Shown: positions 10,061 to 20,473 of the stretch, in pieces
Position numbering within the stretch: the first letter of the stretch is position 1
How the letters are laid out: each line of letters opens with the position of its first letter
DNA from: Candidatus Rifleibacteriota bacterium
GTDB lineage: Bacteria; Muiribacteriota; Ozemobacteria; Ozemobacterales; Ozemobacteraceae
Length of the DNA: 64,000 bases
Direction of reading: 5' to 3'
Assembly: GCA_024710355.1 (NCBI GenBank)
Contig: JANJUX010000051.1
Location: forward strand, 16,746 to 80,745
The notes under the pieces: generated by a model
What the model saw: only the letters and a program-made list of their open reading frames with translations
What the model was told of the DNA's origin: nothing
Databases searched by the model: none
Translations under genes and position numbers: made by a program

Positions 10061-11722
10061 GTGACAAAAAATACCGGAAATCTGGGTGTATTTGTAACAG
10101 CCCTGATTCTGATTGTGCTGCTTTGCCCGACCGTGCTTTCTGCCGGTCGACAGGTGCGGGTCGGGGTTTACCAGAATGCGCCCAAGGTTTTTACCGATGA
10201 ATCTGGCATGCCGGCCGGCATTTTTATCGATGTTATAAGACACATTGCCGCGGCCGAAGACTGGGACCTGCAATTTGTCACCGGCTCCTGGATGGAAGGG
10301 CTGGAAAGACTTGCCAGCGGTCAGATAGATTTGATGCCCGACGTGGCCCATACTGCTGACCGTGCCCGCCATTTTTCGTTTCATTCCATACCGGTTCTTT
10401 CGTCATGGTTTCAGGTGTATGCCCGCCAGGGCAGCCATATTCAATCTATTCTGGATCTTGCCGGCAAAAGAATCGTGGTTTTACAGGGATCTGTGCAACA
10501 GGATGCTTTTGCGCTCATGGCAAAGAGCTTCGGGCTCGAAGTGACCCTTGTGAAGGCTCCTGATTACGAGTCGGTTTTTTCGGCAGTTGTAAAGGGTGAG
10601 GCAGATGCCGCAATCGCAAACCAGTTTTATGGCAACATGCATGCGAAAAAATTTGGCCTGGAAGACACGGCCATCATCTTCAATCCCTCGTCTCTGCATT
10701 TTGCCGCCCCATTGAACAGAAACAGCTATTTGCTCGACAGAATCGACGAGCACATGCGCCTGCTCAAAAGTGATACAAATTCAATATATTATCAGTCGCT
10801 CAAAAACTGGACCCGTGAAACTGTCAGTTATAAGCTGCCGGATGAGCTGAAAGCGGTTGCTATGGTTGTTCTGGCATCCCTGCTTTTAAGTGTTGCCGGC
10901 AGCCTTATTCTTAAACGGCAGGTAAATGCCAGAACCATGGAATTACAGCAGAGTCATCGCGAGCTTGAAACGAGAGTTGTCGAGCGAACTGCCGAACTTG
11001 CTGCAGCCATGAAGCGCGCCGAGGAATCGGACAGAATAAAATCCGCTTTTCTTGCGAGTATGTCGCACGAATTGCGCACACCGCTCAATTCAATCATCGG
11101 CTTTACCGGCATATTGTTGCAGGGCCTCGCTGGGCCGATGAATGAAGAGCAGAACAAGCAGCTGGGTATGGTACAGAAAAGCGCCCGGCATCTTCTGGCT
11201 CTGATCAACGATGTTCTCGATATTTCCAAGATCGAGGCCGGTCAACTGCAGCTTTCAATCGCCAGATTCAACCTCAGGCCCTCGCTCGAAAAAATTGTGA
11301 TGATGCTGACTCCTATGGCAGCGGATAAAGGCCTTGAGCTGCGCTGCCAGATTGCAGAAGACGTTGGCGAAGTTTTATCTGACCAGCGTCGAATTGAGCA
11401 GATAGTTCTCAATCTTCTCAATAACGCCCTTAAATTCACAGAAAAGGGCCACGTAAGTCTTGATTGTCGTATGGAAAATGGCTGCTGCCTGATAGATATC
11501 TCAGATACCGGCATCGGAATGGAGGCTGACAAGCTGCGGGAAATATTTCTGCCATTTCACCAGCTTGACTCGGGGCTGGCGAGAAAGCACGAAGGCACCG
11601 GCCTGGGGCTTTCAATATGCAAAAAACTGCTGGAAATGATGGGAGGAACTATCGATGTGAAAAGCCAGCCCGGCGTTGGCAGTCGATTCTTTGTTTCTTT
11701 TCCGGCAAATAAGGGAGTTTGA
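10061..11722 (+). CDS. Sensor histidine kinase with periplasmic solute-binding (SBP_bac_3-like) domain
   Basis: GTG start after GGAGG; N-terminal TM, PBP-type domain, second TM; H-box SMSHELRTPLN, N-box LNNALKFT, DTGIG, GTGLGL. Confidence 0.93.
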   Translation: MTKNTGNLGVFVTALILIVLLCPTVLSAGRQVRVGVYQNAPKVFTDESGMPAGIFIDVIRHIAAAEDWDLQFVTGSWMEGLERLASGQIDLMPDVAHTADRARHFSFHSIPVLSSWFQVYARQGSHIQSILDLAGKRIVVLQGSVQQDAFALMAKSFGLEVTLVKAPDYESVFSAVVKGEADAAIANQFYGNMHAKKFGLEDTAIIFNPSSLHFAAPLNRNSYLLDRIDEHMRLLKSDTNSIYYQSLKNWTRETVSYKLPDELKAVAMVVLASLLLSVAGSLILKRQVNARTMELQQSHRELETRVVERTAELAAAMKRAEESDRIKSAFLASMSHELRTPLNSIIGFTGILLQGLAGPMNEEQNKQLGMVQKSARHLLALINDVLDISKIEAGQLQLSIARFNLRPSLEKIVMMLTPMAADKGLELRCQIAEDVGEVLSDQRRIEQIVLNLLNNALKFTEKGHVSLDCRMENGCCLIDISDTGIGMEADKLREIFLPFHQLDSGLARKHEGTGLGLSICKKLLEMMGGTIDVKSQPGVGSRFFVSFPANKGV

Positions 11723-12111
11723 TTGTGTCCAGAAAGCTTCTTATTATCGAAGACAATGAGCAGAACTACTATATGATGCGGTTTCTGCTCGAAAAAAAAG
11801 GGTTCAAGGTCGTCGGGGCCGACAATGGCAGACTTGGTGTCGAAATGGCTTTGAGTGAAAAGCCCGATGCCATTCTGCTCGACATTCAGCTGCCCGAAAT
11901 GGACGGCTATGCGGTCGCTGCCGAGTTGAAAAAGCATGCTGAACTTGATGATGTTCCGATTATCGCCGTGACCTCATACGCCATGGTGGGCGATCGTGAG
12001 AATATTATGGCCGCCGGCGCTACCGGTTACATTGAAAAGCCCATAAATCCAGATACTTTCGTAGATGAAATTTCCAGATTCGTTCAAGACAAAAAGCCAC
12101 AATCGGAGTAA
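11719..12111 (+). CDS. Single-domain response regulator (DivK/CheY-like)
   Basis: IIEDN, ILLDIQLPEMDG, IIAVT, YIEKPI; overlaps the kinase stop codon. Confidence 0.95.
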   Translation: MIVSRKLLIIEDNEQNYYMMRFLLEKKGFKVVGADNGRLGVEMALSEKPDAILLDIQLPEMDGYAVAAELKKHAELDDVPIIAVTSYAMVGDRENIMAAGATGYIEKPINPDTFVDEISRFVQDKKPQSE

Positions 12112-12114
12112 TAC

Positions 12115-14166
12115 ATGGATATACTGATAGTCGATGACCATGAAGAGAACATTTATTTCCTTTCTTTATTACTGAAAGGTCACGGTCATACCGTACATCC
12201 TGCAGTTAATGGCGCCGAAGCCCTGGAAATCCTGAACAGACAGCAGGTTGAACTTGTCATCAGTGATATTCTCATGCCTGTCATGGACGGTTTTCAGTTG
12301 TGTCGCACAATCAAGGCCGATGCAAAGCTCGCTGGCGTTCCAATAATTTTTTACACAGCGACCTACACCGGGCCTCAGGACGAAGAACTGTCAATGAAGG
12401 TTGGTGCGAGCAGATTCGTTATTAAGCCCTGCGAACCGGATGAGTTGATGCGCGTCGTCAATGAAGTTCTCGCAGAATCGCAGACGAAAGCCGGGCCGGT
12501 TGTTCCTGTGGCTGTAAACGACGAAGAAGTTCTGAAGCTTTACAGCGAGCGCCTGGTAAGAAAACTCGAACAGAAAATGCTGGAGCTTGAGGCAGAAGTC
12601 GTCGCAAGAAAAGAAGCAGAAAAAGTCCTTACCGCCAGCGAAAGAAGATATCGTTCTCTTTACGACAGTATTCGCGATGCCCTGGTTGTGGCCAGTTCCG
12701 ATCGCATGATTCTCGCCTGCAACCCTGCTTTTGAGACACTTTTTGGGTTTGCGCCCGATGAGGTGGTCGGCAGATCGATCAGCCTGATCTACGAGCATGA
12801 AAAGGACTTTGCCGAAGTCAGCGAGATCATGAACGCGCTGAACGAGACGAACAATTCGATCAGGATAATCAGTTTCCTTCGCCGTGACGGAACCGTATTC
12901 ACCGGCGAAACAAATCTTTTTTGTCTATACGACGACGCAGACCAGTTTACGGGCTATGTGTGCATGATAAGAGATATCACCGACAGAATCAATGCTGACA
13001 AGGCCAGAAAAAATCTCGAGCTGCAGCTGCAGCAGGCTCAGAAAATGGAGTCACTCGGGTTGCTGGCCGGTGGAGTTGCGCATGATTTCAACAATCTGCT
13101 GTCGGTCATTCTGGGTTATTCAGAAATAATGCAGTCGCATTTTACTGAAAGTGACAAAAACTATGAATACGCTCACGAGATACATCAGGCCGGCCTGCGG
13201 GCCAGGGGCCTGACGACGCAGCTGCTTGCCTTCAGCCGCAAACAAAGGCTTGAGAAAAGCAGTGTCGATGCCTGCAGTGTCGTGAGTGGTTTCCAGAAAC
13301 TGCTTGCGAGAATGATCGGGGAAGAAGTAAAACTGCAGGTGTGTCTGCCGGATCTGCAACTTCCGGTAGTCGCTGATGTGGGCCAGCTTGAACAGGTTTT
13401 GATGAATCTGGCAATAAACGCCCGCGATGCCATGCCTGGCGGCGGCACTCTGACCATAGAAGTTGCCCGCGCTGAGTTCGATGTCCTGAGTTCCTTTCAG
13501 ATTTCAGAACTGCCGCCCGGAGCATACGCCATGATTGCAGTAAGCGATACCGGCTGTGGCATAAGCAGTGAGAATGTTTCGCGCATTTTTGAACCATTTT
13601 TCACCACTAAAGACAAGGGGGGCACCGGCCTTGGTCTGGCCGTGTCCTACGGTATCATAAAACAGCATGGTGGCTCGATCTGGGTTTACACCGAGGCCGG
13701 TCGGGGAACGACCTTCAAAATTTACCTGCCGCTCAACAAAGAGGCTGATTCGGTAGTCGAAGCCGATACAGGGTTTTATGAAAAATGTGATGCTACTATC
13801 CTGGTGATCGAGGATGACAAAACCGTCCTGAATATGATCAACGAAATTCTGACCCGCGCCGGGTACCGGGTTATCAGCAGTTCTGACCCTGTTGATGCTT
13901 TGATCCTGGCAAAAGGCTTTGCTGAAAATATTCACCTGATCATATCAGACCTTAAAATGCCGAGAATGCGCGGGCCGCAGGTGTGCGAACAGATCTGCCA
14001 ACTGCACCCCGAGGCAAAAGTTGTTTTTATGTCAGGATACCCGACGACAGCTTTAACTGAGGGCAGTGACAATGTCAAAAAAGCTGTTTTCCTGCAAAAG
14101 CCGATAATGGTCAACTCGCTGCTCAGCAAATGCCGCCAGATTTTAAGCCAGAGCAAAACCCCCTGA
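12115..14166 (+). CDS. Hybrid histidine kinase REC-PAS-HisKA-HATPase-REC
   Basis: N-terminal REC (VDDH, SDILMP), PAS, AGGVAHDFNNLL, NLAINARDAM, FEPFFTTK, GTGLGL, C-terminal REC. Confidence 0.95.
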   Translation: MDILIVDDHEENIYFLSLLLKGHGHTVHPAVNGAEALEILNRQQVELVISDILMPVMDGFQLCRTIKADAKLAGVPIIFYTATYTGPQDEELSMKVGASRFVIKPCEPDELMRVVNEVLAESQTKAGPVVPVAVNDEEVLKLYSERLVRKLEQKMLELEAEVVARKEAEKVLTASERRYRSLYDSIRDALVVASSDRMILACNPAFETLFGFAPDEVVGRSISLIYEHEKDFAEVSEIMNALNETNNSIRIISFLRRDGTVFTGETNLFCLYDDADQFTGYVCMIRDITDRINADKARKNLELQLQQAQKMESLGLLAGGVAHDFNNLLSVILGYSEIMQSHFTESDKNYEYAHEIHQAGLRARGLTTQLLAFSRKQRLEKSSVDACSVVSGFQKLLARMIGEEVKLQVCLPDLQLPVVADVGQLEQVLMNLAINARDAMPGGGTLTIEVARAEFDVLSSFQISELPPGAYAMIAVSDTGCGISSENVSRIFEPFFTTKDKGGTGLGLAVSYGIIKQHGGSIWVYTEAGRGTTFKIYLPLNKEADSVVEADTGFYEKCDATILVIEDDKTVLNMINEILTRAGYRVISSSDPVDALILAKGFAENIHLIISDLKMPRMRGPQVCEQICQLHPEAKVVFMSGYPTTALTEGSDNVKKAVFLQKPIMVNSLLSKCRQILSQSKTP

Positions 14167-14228
14167 CAGCCCGCCGCCACAAAACAGTCCCTTCAATGCC
14201 AATGTGACAGACGGCTGGTTTCCTGCGA

Positions 14229-15044
14229 TTACTCGAAGTAAAGTTCGGGGGAGCGCACGGTTTGGCCGTGGGCGCGGCTTTCTAGGCTGAAAATCGTTAC
14301 GAAGCCAGCGGCGATGTTTTTTTGAGGGTCGGCCATGATGATCATGCCGAAGTCCTGCCAGCTGTTGCTGCGCTGCATGGTTTGCCAGTGACCCCGGAAC
14401 ATCTCGCTGATCTCGATATATGAGACATTGCCGCCACCCTTGATGACGCCGCGGCAGCTGATGTTTCGATCAAAATCGCCACCCTCGATGTGCCAGGTTA
14501 ACAGAGGTGCCGAGTAATACCAGTCGCAGCCTCGATGCTTTTTTTCTCTGGTTCTGAATTTGTCTGAGCCTTCCTGAAATGGGCGTGTCAGGGGGTAAAT
14601 TACCACCGGCATCTCGGCCGGGCCCTGATTTTTGTCACTGGTGATCTTCAGATACACCCGTTTTAGATCAAATTCTGCTAGATTGACACCGGCGAGGGCA
14701 AACGCCTCTGCCACTTCGAATCGGAGAAGATAACGCAGGGTAGTCGGCCCGCCCCAGACACCGATCTCACCGGTATGATCGCCGCCGGCGTTGCGGTTGT
14801 CACGCCATGAACGATTATTGGCGTGCGGATGGCGAATGAAGGCGTCGGTGCCGGTTCTGACAACTACCCGGCCGCGGCGGCTTCTCTCGGGCACAAACGG
14901 CCAGCGCAGAAGTTTAAGGCATTTCGGGCATTCGGCCGTATCGCTGTTTACCAGAAACGAGCAGCCCGGGCAGCGGCTGATTGCAGCGACCGGCAGCAGG
15001 CCTGCAAAAAACAGGACTGCCAGAAGAAGCAGTATTTTTTTCAT
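14229..15044 (-). CDS. Secreted protein with zinc ribbon and DNRLRE-like domain
   Basis: Signal peptide; CPGC...CPKC; the pattern DAFI...N.GG...RYLLRF...W...GGDF...FG.II...FS.E...PEL is typical of DNRLRE domains. ATGA overlap with the upstream HEAT gene. Confidence 0.65.
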   Translation of the reverse strand: MKKILLLLAVLFFAGLLPVAAISRCPGCSFLVNSDTAECPKCLKLLRWPFVPERSRRGRVVVRTGTDAFIRHPHANNRSWRDNRNAGGDHTGEIGVWGGPTTLRYLLRFEVAEAFALAGVNLAEFDLKRVYLKITSDKNQGPAEMPVVIYPLTRPFQEGSDKFRTREKKHRGCDWYYSAPLLTWHIEGGDFDRNISCRGVIKGGGNVSYIEISEMFRGHWQTMQRSNSWQDFGMIIMADPQKNIAAGFVTIFSLESRAHGQTVRSPELYFE

Positions 15045-17938
15045 GTTCCCTGGGTTGGCAGCTGCGGATTCTGCTGCGCCTCGACCTTGATGCGGTTGAG
15101 CATTTTCGCGGCGTAGATTCCCTGCTGGCTTTTGGGGCCGGCAGCTTTGGCAACCTTCATAAAGACCTGCGCCGCTTCGCGGTAAGCGCGACGGCGGTAA
15201 TAGACCATGCCGAGATTCAGCTTGAGCGTGATATCTTCTGGGCTGATACCGGTTGCCATGACGTAGGCCTTGGTGGCGTCGATGAGCTTGCCGGTTTTGT
15301 AATAAAGGTTGCCGAGAGCCGAATACACGTAGGCCGCCCGCGGATTGATCTTGACCGCGTCTTTGAGAAACTTTTCGGCCTCGCGCATCGCACCCTGGCG
15401 CATCTGCTTCATGCCTTCGTTAAACGCCTTCTGGAAAAGTTCCTGTTGCTTGCGGGCATTGGCGATGGCTTTTTCGGTTTTGCTGAATTCTTCGGGTGGT
15501 AGTATTGCTTCGAGGGCTGCAAGCGCGTCGCGGCTGATAATCGGGTCTTTGTCTTTGAGGGCCTGAATCAGCACGGTTCTGGCGGTGGTGGCGCGCAGAG
15601 TGCCAAGGGCTCTGATCGCGACGCGGCGTTCGTCCCAGGTGGTTTCCGGCTGGGCCATTCTGATGAATTCGGGTATGATTTCGGGGTTGCCGAGTTCAGC
15701 AAGGGCCTCGATGTAAGCCAGGCGCGTGTCGCTTTCCTTTTCGCGGTCGAAGCGCTTCTTGAGCTCTTCGTAGCAGCGCGGGTGATTGGTGCGGGCCAGG
15801 GCCTTGATAATATGATTCTTAAGATCGAGATTGTCTTCGTCGAGCAGCTTGAGAAGATCGATAAAGGCGCGATTAACACGCATTTCGCCAAGAATTCTGA
15901 TCGCCTGAAATTTAAGCGACCATGACTCGCGCTGCAGTGTCGAAATAAGCCCCGGAACCGCCCGATCATCGCCAATTCGACCCAGAGAAACAATGGCGGC
16001 CATCGCAAGATCTTCGTCGTCGTCTTCAAGCGCCTCGGTAAGGGCGCTTACCGATGAATTGTCGCCAAGAATGCCCAGTGTTTCAGCTGCGGCGATGCGG
16101 GCCGGCCAGTATTCATCCTTGAGGTGTGACTGTACGGCAGCACTGTCATCTGAAGAACCGATCTGGCCGAGGCAGAGAATTGCCTGTCGTCTGATTTCCT
16201 CGGATTTGCTCTGCAGCAGCTGAATGATGTGGGTGCGCGCCTCTTTCTTGAAGCCGAGCAGAGTGCGGCGGATCCAGTAATTGACATGCTCGTCGAATTT
16301 GCCGAGGTTTCTGAGCAGTCGCGGTAAGATAAGTTCAGGCTGCATACGCTGAAAGGTACTGCAGACGCTTTCGAGCAGACTGCGCTTTTCGCTTTTGAAA
16401 AGGGCGAAGAGGTCATCGATAATTTCGGCGCCATAATTGGCAAGCGCCTTTTGTGCCGCATCACGAATCGACTCGGAAGCATCTTCGAGGGCCTTGAACA
16501 GCAGTGGCAGCGACATGCTCGATCTGATCTTGCCGAGCGAGCGCAGAACCCAGTAGCGCGTTTCTGAATCGGAAGCGTCGGTGGCGAGCACCGAGAGTTC
16601 CATCAGGGCTTCTTCGCCGTAACTACCAAGCACATCGGAAGTGGTTTTTCTGATGGTCCAGGAACGATCTTTGAAAAGCCTTACCAGATGCGTATAGACA
16701 CCGGCAGGCCTGATTTCGCCGACCGAGCGCAGCGCCCAGTATCTGACGTCTTCTTCGGCCGAGTTCAGGGCTTTGAGAAGACTCGGCACCGCTTTGCCGC
16801 CGAAACTGGTTATGGCTTTGCAGGCGTGTTTGCGCACGACCCAGGCCGGGTCGAGAAAGCGTTCGATGATGTTCGGCAGAGCGTCGGGGTTTTTGTAAAA
16901 GCTCATGGCTTCGAGTGCCGCCATGCGGATTTCGGGGTCGGGGTCAGAGAGAAACTTGCGAATTTCTGGGTAGGCGCTTTTTTCGTGCATTTTGCCGAGA
17001 ATCTTGATTGCCCAGTAGCGCCTTTCCTTGTCCTGGCTTTCAAGAGCTGAAACCAGCGGAAAAACCGCCTCGCTGCCCATATCGGTCAGCGCCTGGGCTG
17101 CAAGAGCACGGCCCATCCAGTATTCACTCGACAGCGAGTCCATCAGATACGGGATCGAATGGGTGCCGAAATCTTTGAGAATTTCGTAGATCAGGTCTCT
17201 GATCATTTCAGAAGGCTGCGACAGCGCTTCGAAAAGCTTGGCGGCAACATTCGGGTCGCCGATTTCTCTTAAGGCGCGCAGGGCGGCGATTCTGACACCG
17301 ATATCCCGGTCCTGCAGTTTTTCGAGCAGAATCTTTGTGTGTGAGCGGTCGCGTAGATGTCCGAGGCAGATCGCTGCCCAGAACCTGACGTTGGAATCAT
17401 TGTCTTCGACGGCTGACTTGAGGGCTTCGGCAGCGCCTTTTCCCATTTTCCCGACAGCAATGGCCGCTCTTGAACGGATTTTCCAGGATTTGTCGCCGAA
17501 CTGCCTGACCAGCAGAGCGAGGCTGGCGCGGGGGTGGCGGGCCAGACTGCGGGCTGCCATGCCGGCGACCTCGTCGCGAGGGTCGCGCATCAGGGTCATG
17601 AGGCCCTCGGTGGCTTCGCTGGTATCACAGCTGCCAAGAGCATGGGCGACGCGCAGACGCACGTCGGCTGACTTGTCGCGGACGAGCGGCAGAAGTATGT
17701 CGGGCAGGTTCCCCGGATTGATGAGGCCAAGAGCTTCGATGGCGGCGCAGCGCACTTCGCGTGAGCGGTCATTCATAACGCTGGCGATAGGCTCGACAGC
17801 AATCGGGGTTTTCAGCTTTCCGAGGGCTTTGACTGCTTTGAGGCGTTTGGTAATAAGAGTTGACCTCAAGTCGGTTACGAGATCTTCGATTTCTTTCTGA
17901 ATCTGCGTATCAACCTTGAATTGCGATTTAACCGTCAT
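15041..17938 (-). CDS. HEAT (PBS-lyase-like) repeat protein with C-terminal TPR
   Basis: 965 aa made almost entirely of ~31-aa repeats (VR..A..ALG.......L...L.D); last ~130 aa TPR-like (AYVYSALGNLYY, LNLGMVYY). Confidence 0.9.
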   Translation of the reverse strand: MTVKSQFKVDTQIQKEIEDLVTDLRSTLITKRLKAVKALGKLKTPIAVEPIASVMNDRSREVRCAAIEALGLINPGNLPDILLPLVRDKSADVRLRVAHALGSCDTSEATEGLMTLMRDPRDEVAGMAARSLARHPRASLALLVRQFGDKSWKIRSRAAIAVGKMGKGAAEALKSAVEDNDSNVRFWAAICLGHLRDRSHTKILLEKLQDRDIGVRIAALRALREIGDPNVAAKLFEALSQPSEMIRDLIYEILKDFGTHSIPYLMDSLSSEYWMGRALAAQALTDMGSEAVFPLVSALESQDKERRYWAIKILGKMHEKSAYPEIRKFLSDPDPEIRMAALEAMSFYKNPDALPNIIERFLDPAWVVRKHACKAITSFGGKAVPSLLKALNSAEEDVRYWALRSVGEIRPAGVYTHLVRLFKDRSWTIRKTTSDVLGSYGEEALMELSVLATDASDSETRYWVLRSLGKIRSSMSLPLLFKALEDASESIRDAAQKALANYGAEIIDDLFALFKSEKRSLLESVCSTFQRMQPELILPRLLRNLGKFDEHVNYWIRRTLLGFKKEARTHIIQLLQSKSEEIRRQAILCLGQIGSSDDSAAVQSHLKDEYWPARIAAAETLGILGDNSSVSALTEALEDDDEDLAMAAIVSLGRIGDDRAVPGLISTLQRESWSLKFQAIRILGEMRVNRAFIDLLKLLDEDNLDLKNHIIKALARTNHPRCYEELKKRFDREKESDTRLAYIEALAELGNPEIIPEFIRMAQPETTWDERRVAIRALGTLRATTARTVLIQALKDKDPIISRDALAALEAILPPEEFSKTEKAIANARKQQELFQKAFNEGMKQMRQGAMREAEKFLKDAVKINPRAAYVYSALGNLYYKTGKLIDATKAYVMATGISPEDITLKLNLGMVYYRRRAYREAAQVFMKVAKAAGPKSQQGIYAAKMLNRIKVEAQQNPQLPTQGT

Positions 17939-18132
17939 TTTCGACCTCTCTGAAGAAAGAAAATTGCATCGGGCAGTCAGCCTGGAAGATAAAATACCAT
18001 ATTATCAGCCCGCCATAACCAACTCTTTTTCGCAAATGCTTGAGGCTTTGCCGGTTTTGGGCTGGGTGTTGACCAAAACGGGTTTAGTATATATCATGGC
18101 GCTGTTATGACCTTGCATATAAGGGGGAAGTT

Positions 18133-18987
18133 ATGAAGAGGCTTTCTATCGCATTTCTGGTTACTTTCTGCATGTTTCTCACTGCTTTTGCCGGTGCTGC
18201 CGACGTTAACACCGGTCTCAACGATGACGTTATCGTCGCCGGTGAACCGCCCGTTACCGGCTATGTAATCGACTGCCACAACCGCATTCTTGAGTTCGTG
18301 CTGGGCACGCGCATGACCGTCGCTCAGAAAGAGGCTTTTCTGAACGCCATCACGGCCGAAGTTTCAGGCATGGCAAGAGAAGACCGCGACAATTTTGTAC
18401 AGGTGATCGAACTGGTTGACTCGCTCTCCCAGCTCGGCGAAGAAGACCAGGAAGAAATCCGCCAGGATCTCGAAAAGGACTTTCTTGAAAGCGCTGCCGC
18501 CCTCACCGATGATGCTGCGGCCAAACAGTTTCTGGCGTTGAAAAACGACAGCTTCAAACTGGTTGTCGATCAGGCCGAATTCAATGTAACCAACCAGTCG
18601 GTTGAAGCTCTCTCTGAATACCTCGCTTTTGTTGCAAACCCCGAGAAGCCTGTCTGGCCGGATGCAAAGGCCATCGATGCCATCAAGATCAGAGTTAAGG
18701 CCGGTTTTGCCGCCCTTAAAGACGAAGAACGCCAGGCTCTCGATGACTTTCAGCTCACCTGGTATCTGATTCGCGCTGCCTGGCAGGGTACTGCCGATGT
18801 CGCCAAAAAAGACGCCTGGCGCAAGGGTTTTGCCGCTCTTGGTCTCAAGGCCGGCGAAGTTCCCGAAGTCAATCAGATCAAAGCCGCCATTTCTACCGAT
18901 GTTTACGGCGACCTGCTCGACGCCGCTACCCAGATGGGTGTTGAACCCCTTGAATGGTCTGCCAGCACTACTCTGAAAATCTGGTAA
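18133..18987 (+). CDS. Secreted helical hypothetical protein
   Basis: 284-aa ORF with RBS (AAGGGG) and signal peptide; no family recognised. Confidence 0.8.
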   Translation: MKRLSIAFLVTFCMFLTAFAGAADVNTGLNDDVIVAGEPPVTGYVIDCHNRILEFVLGTRMTVAQKEAFLNAITAEVSGMAREDRDNFVQVIELVDSLSQLGEEDQEEIRQDLEKDFLESAAALTDDAAAKQFLALKNDSFKLVVDQAEFNVTNQSVEALSEYLAFVANPEKPVWPDAKAIDAIKIRVKAGFAALKDEERQALDDFQLTWYLIRAAWQGTADVAKKDAWRKGFAALGLKAGEVPEVNQIKAAISTDVYGDLLDAATQMGVEPLEWSASTTLKIW

Positions 18988-19002
18988 GCCGGGAGACAAA
19001 CC

Positions 19003-19581
19003 ATGGCTTCAATACCAATGAAAAAAAAGTATTTCGTCAGAGAGCTGGTTGGCGCAACCAGCGTTGGCGAATACTACCTGATCGCCGATCCTGAAAATGA
19101 CCGGGGCCTGGCGATGGTTGAAGAGCAGACGCCGCTGTCGCAGGTCGTTGCCAGGGCCTTCCTTGATAAGGCATTTCTGCCGGTGACCCTGGTGATGAAA
19201 AATGTCGAGGGTGCCGAAGTTCTTAAAATTACCAAGCCGGCTTCGCTGTTGAAATCAGTTTTTACGGTGCATAACGCCGACGGCAGGGTCCTGTGCGTCT
19301 TTAAGCACCGTGTCTCTCTGTTTCGCCCTGTAGTCAACGTTGAAGATGGAAACGGCCAGTCTCTCGGCAGCATAGAAGGCTGCTGGAAATTCAGGCTGTT
19401 TCAGTTCAGAGACAACAACGGCAACAGCCTCGCCAGCATCAGACATCTTTATGGCGGCATTGCCCGCGAGCTGCTGACTACCGCTGACGATTACGAGGTC
19501 GATATTCACTCCGACTCTTCAATGAATCTGATAAGTCTTGCAGCTACGATCTGCATCGACTTCATGTTTCACGAAAGCTGA
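19003..19581 (+). CDS. Phospholipid scramblase / LURP-one-like protein
   Basis: GSIEG.WK...F..., ARELLTTADDYEV and AATICIDFMFHE pattern of bacterial scramblase/Tubby-C family. Confidence 0.75.
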   Translation: MASIPMKKKYFVRELVGATSVGEYYLIADPENDRGLAMVEEQTPLSQVVARAFLDKAFLPVTLVMKNVEGAEVLKITKPASLLKSVFTVHNADGRVLCVFKHRVSLFRPVVNVEDGNGQSLGSIEGCWKFRLFQFRDNNGNSLASIRHLYGGIARELLTTADDYEVDIHSDSSMNLISLAATICIDFMFHES

Positions 19582-19582
19582 T

Positions 19583-20473
19583 TCAGAGCAGACCAAGCTT
19601 TTTCGCGCGACGCCTGGCCCAGATCTGGGCCAGGCGTCCGCCCATATTGGCAATATTGATTGCTGTGGTCAGATGCTTTTCATAAAAAGGTGTCAGGTAG
19701 GCAAGGCGAACGAGCTGCCAGTAGAGGGTGTGGATATTGTCACAGGAAAAATGCAGTTCATCGCCTTCGCCCGGGAATTTCCAGGTTTTTCGCAGTCCGG
19801 CTGCAGCTTTTTCTCCGTCGCGCATTTTTACTGCCACGTTGAAAGGCCCGTCTGGTATGAACAGTCTTTCTGAACCGCCGCTCAGCGAGCTGACAGCGGC
19901 ATGGGCCAGATTTTCTCTGATTTGTTGTGGTGTTTCGGCAAGCGGTTTGTTTACTGTAAAGGTTTTAATGTGCCTGATAACCCTGGCGGCCTGGCGGCAG
20001 GCCATTTCACAGCCGGAAAAAAACGTCGGAACCAGGCCGGCCGGTGCTACCGATGCTGCAAACAGTTCGGCTTCGGTCAGTGGCTCGTCATTCACGAGAA
20101 TGCCGGAAAATTTCGAAGTCAGGGTGTGCGGCAGAAACCCGTCGGTGCCAGAAGCCGCATGCATTCCGGTCATCAACAGATAATTGAAGCCTCTGGCTTC
20201 GCCAACGCCGATAATTGGACCAATCTGGTAACCCTGGTCTACTTCGATACCTTCGTCGATCAGCTCTCTGAAAAGGTTATAGCCAGTACGGTGAAAATCC
20301 TTGACCCTGACTCTGCCAATACCGCTGTTGAGCAGTTGCCGCCCGACCTGGTCGATATCGCGCGAGAGTTCGACACAGGCCCTTACCCAGCCATCGTTGA
20401 ATAGTTGCGAGTCCTGGCGGTTATGACAGCCGGTCGAGCCCTCGATGTCGGCAATGATGAGCACCGAAGTCAT
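19583..20473 (-). CDS. M55 family D-aminopeptidase (DppA-like)
   Basis: ADIEG, KDFH, GMHAA, HTL metal-ligand motifs. Confidence 0.85.
   Translation of the reverse strand: MTSVLIIADIEGSTGCHNRQDSQLFNDGWVRACVELSRDIDQVGRQLLNSGIGRVRVKDFHRTGYNLFRELIDEGIEVDQGYQIGPIIGVGEARGFNYLLMTGMHAASGTDGFLPHTLTSKFSGILVNDEPLTEAELFAASVAPAGLVPTFFSGCEMACRQAARVIRHIKTFTVNKPLAETPQQIRENLAHAAVSSLSGGSERLFIPDGPFNVAVKMRDGEKAAAGLRKTWKFPGEGDELHFSCDNIHTLYWQLVRLAYLTPFYEKHLTTAINIANMGGRLAQIWARRRAKKLGLL

Noticed and set aside
10061-14166. HK-RR-hybrid HK cassette as a novel system
   Set aside because: This is a common phosphorelay arrangement with canonical motifs.
17238-17900. Long antisense ORFs (also 33294-33971, 54649-55368, 59472-60212, 61770-62606, 63021-63791)
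   Set aside because: They overlap well-supported genes on the opposite strand and show no recognisable motifs.
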